Source: Okeania sp. (GTDB lineage: Bacteria; Cyanobacteriota; Cyanobacteriia; Cyanobacteriales; Microcoleaceae). Taken from it: a stretch of 10,749 nucleotides of DNA. Below, piece after piece: positions 9,401 through 10,749 of the stretch. The notes beneath the pieces are model-generated. The model was not told the origin of the DNA. It ran no database searches and saw only the letters and a program-made list of their open reading frames with translations. A program made the position numbers and the translations under genes. Numbering within the stretch: the first letter of the stretch is position 1; every line of letters begins with the position of its first letter. The stretch spans positions 1 through 10,749 of the forward strand of contig NZ_JAYKGW010000099.1 in assembly GCF_035285525.1 (NCBI RefSeq). Reading direction: 5' to 3'.

Positions 9401-10749
9401 CCAAAGCTGTTTGAGCATGATTTAAAGCTGCAGCATAGAGGCTCTCAGCTCGATCAAAATTTCCAGAAAGATATGCTGCCTCGGAGCCATAACGGTGTAA
9501 ATTGTAAATTAATTCATAGTCACTTTCCCAAGCTGTTGTAGGTAATAAATCAATGCCAATAGTACAATAATCTTGAGCTACTTGATAAGCTGCGGAAAGT
9601 CTAGCCTTTTTTCCCGCTTCCAAATTTAGAGCAGCCAATCGCTGTTTTTCTTCTGAACTCGATATAACTGCTTTACCAAGATTCAACTGATTTACTAAAC
9701 TAAAAATTCGTTCTGATTGTTCTTGAGGTGATAATTCTTGTAATAATAATTGACCGATTTTTAAGTGTGTTAATTGCTTTTGATTTTCGGGAATTAATGA
9801 ATAAGCAGCTTGTTGAACTCGGTCATGTAAAAAACGATATTTTGCATTTTTATCAACTTTAATATTATCTCTAACTTTATCTTCCCCTAAATAGAATTTA
9901 TAAACTTCAGTTTGGGGCAAAATTAATCCTGACTGTAAACCTATCCATAATTTATCTGCCGTATCTTCTTCTGACTGTTCAGAAATTAATGCCAAAGTTG
10001 GCAAATCAAACTGATTACCAATACAAGCAGCCAACTTCAAAACCTCCTGAGTTTGAGTAGGTAATTTCTGCAATCTCCCCGCCATAAACTCTACTACATC
10101 ATCAGTTAGTGCCCGTTGCGTAACCTCAGAAATATCACACTCCCAATACCCAACCTCAAAATTAAATCTAATTAATTCTTCCCCATACAAACCTAACAAA
10201 AACTGAGTCGTGAAAAATGGATTTCCTTGAGTTTTTTGATATACTAATTCTGTCAAAGGTTCAGCTATTTCCAAAGTACAACTTAAAGTATCTGCTACCA
10301 AATAATTAATACTTTCCTGAGACAAAGATAATAAAGTAATAGTATTAACTGTGCCTTTAGCTTTAGCTATTTCATCTAAAGTCAACATCAAGGGATGGGC
10401 GGGAAATACTTCATTATCTCGATACGCTCCAATTAATAGTAAATAACCCCTTTCTCCTCCACTCATTAACAGTTTCATCAAATTCAAAGAAGCTGAGTCT
10501 GCCCATTGTAAATCATCTAAGAAAATGACTAAAGGATGTTCTTTAGTTGTAAATACCTGAATAAATTTGCCAAACAATAAATTAAAACGATTTTGGGCTG
10601 CACTTCCCGATAATTCTGGTATAGCAGGTTGCTTACCAATGATTTTTTCTAACTCCGGAATGACTTCAATAATTACTTGCCCCTGAACTCCTACTGCATC
10701 GAGAATTTGATCTTTCCATTGCTGAAGTTGAGTATCGCTTTCACTCAAT
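6495..10749 (-). CDS. Paralogue (copy C) of the 651..6146 gene, 5'-truncated by the window: partial STAND NTPase - helical TPR-like region - GAF - histidine kinase
   Basis: The ORF is open to the window edge, with TAG at 6497-6495. The 'M' that opens the supplied 1417-aa translation is a TTG codon (10746-10748) aligning with Leu425 of copy B. About 425 codons (kinase domain and Walker A) must therefore lie beyond 10749. Walker B LVIFLDDLQWAD is at 10497-10532 and the GAF-like region at ~7374-7856. The H-box His codon is at 7263-7265 (checked), and the HATPase region runs to 6498. Confidence 0.95.
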   Translation of the reverse strand, partial: LSESDTQLQQWKDQILDAVGVQGQVIIEVIPELEKIIGKQPAIPELSGSAAQNRFNLLFGKFIQVFTTKEHPLVIFLDDLQWADSASLNLMKLLMSGGERGYLLLIGAYRDNEVFPAHPLMLTLDEIAKAKGTVNTITLLSLSQESINYLVADTLSCTLEIAEPLTELVYQKTQGNPFFTTQFLLGLYGEELIRFNFEVGYWECDISEVTQRALTDDVVEFMAGRLQKLPTQTQEVLKLAACIGNQFDLPTLALISEQSEEDTADKLWIGLQSGLILPQTEVYKFYLGEDKVRDNIKVDKNAKYRFLHDRVQQAAYSLIPENQKQLTHLKIGQLLLQELSPQEQSERIFSLVNQLNLGKAVISSSEEKQRLAALNLEAGKKARLSAAYQVAQDYCTIGIDLLPTTAWESDYELIYNLHRYGSEAAYLSGNFDRAESLYAAALNHAQTALDKGVIYRIQMTQYQLQGRNKEAIAIQYESILLLGWEIPTELKLIKTTLDEEIAKVRKFLEQQTIESILELPKMKDENMAEMLRILQILFYAAWLDGQTTLSLLAVAKMTTLSLENGNSEMSPFGYVGYGLIANAMLQDAATGYQFGDMAVQLCEQFDNADVRGMTNFLLAADVQSWSRPVREADAYYENAYKYGMEAGNWLTVGFMMMQSGSDRLTYGKNLSELYTITKTHADFLRQIKSLENLDALIVGVLQPIRNLLGLTQTIFTFDDDDFSESEYLQKYRETPYHLSWYYSVKIRHAYLFNDTVAYPHLIDKLEIIENTVSSHAKVPSSVFYVALMHITLAKMSREEEDYQFHLEKLASLEEKLNTWQNFCPENILHKCLIIQAEKARLNRQKTEAIDFYEQAITTAQTNHYDYEEALANELAAQFYLEWDKDKIASVYMQEAYYCYARWGAKAKTEDLEERYPHLLSPILKQAASTLNPLETLSTLVQSTPSVQNALATTYSSTTSFNSTFDLATVLKASQAISGIIELDELLRELTQIILQHSGGDRCALILPNSNREWFVQAIATPKSTEICHQPLENNPNVPIKLIQYVKNTQETVVVNDLQTDLPVIGKYLRRNQPKSVLCLPILNQGHLIGILYLKNLLVSGAFTRERVLVLNFLCTQAAIALENARLYEQSQAYSQKLEQSQLQIVQYEKMASLGNLMAGVAHEINNPLGFLTGSIGNLQENLHDMMEHFLLYHKYYPDTVQAIEENAEEIDLDYLYEDIPKLLKSMENATERIKNLSTSLRTFSRADREHKISADIHQGINSTLMILKYRLKGNPQRPGIEVIKDYGEFSEVKCFPGQLNQVFMNIIANAIDVFDEAAQDLSDSDLSAKTPKITIKTVQVREENLVKIIIEDNGKGMPPEVKKRIFDHLFTTKGVGKGTGLGLAIVRQIVVEKHGGIIDCISEVGKGTKFIITLPLT
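7746..7753. repeat. HIP1 octamer GCGATCGC
   Basis: Exact match read from the sequence. Confidence 0.9.
9331..9338. repeat. HIP1 octamer GCGATCGC
   Basis: Exact match read from the sequence. Confidence 0.9.

Noticed and set aside
10746-10748. Apparent Met start of the 1417-aa ORF at the window edge
   Set aside because: The codon is TTG and aligns with an internal Leu (Leu425) of the complete paralogue. The homologous upstream ~425 codons are simply outside the window. It is not a start codon.

Overview
Almost certainly cyanobacterial DNA: it is AT-rich, carries six exact HIP1 octamers (GCGATCGC), and has STRR-type heptamer repeats typical of heterocyst-forming (Nostocales-like) genomes. The window is nearly filled by a head-to-tail, minus-strand array of three paralogous giant signalling genes. 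Each encodes a Ser/Thr kinase domain, a STAND/AAA_16-type NTPase (Walker A/B), a long helical TPR-like region, a GAF domain and a HisKA/HATPase histidine kinase. Copy B (651..6146, 1831 aa) is complete. Copy C (6495..10749) is cut at its 5' end by the window edge. Only the first 52 codons of copy A (1..157) are visible. This protein family is already known in cyanobacteria (HstK-like or 'multi-sensor multi-kinase'), so the coding content is not a new system. Four things deserve a second look. (1) B and C are mosaic: the NTPase and GAF/His-kinase modules are near-identical, while the central ~420-aa helical block is strongly diverged, and one 148-nt tract differs at only 3 positions. (2) Both intergenic spacers carry tandem arrays of a shared long palindromic unit with arms TGTAACACAGCCTTC. 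There are four diverged units in one spacer, three of them followed by U-tracts, and a perfect 62-bp duplication in the other. (3) A GC-rich, ~150-bp MITE-like element sits in the spacer upstream of copy A, and a partial extra copy of its terminal repeat forms an 8-bp hairpin ending exactly at the ATG. (4) An octamer repeat plus a C7 run lies inside the kinase-NTPase linker of copy B. No tRNA, rRNA, CRISPR array, transposase or response-regulator gene is visible. All identity figures are hand counts or by-eye estimates.
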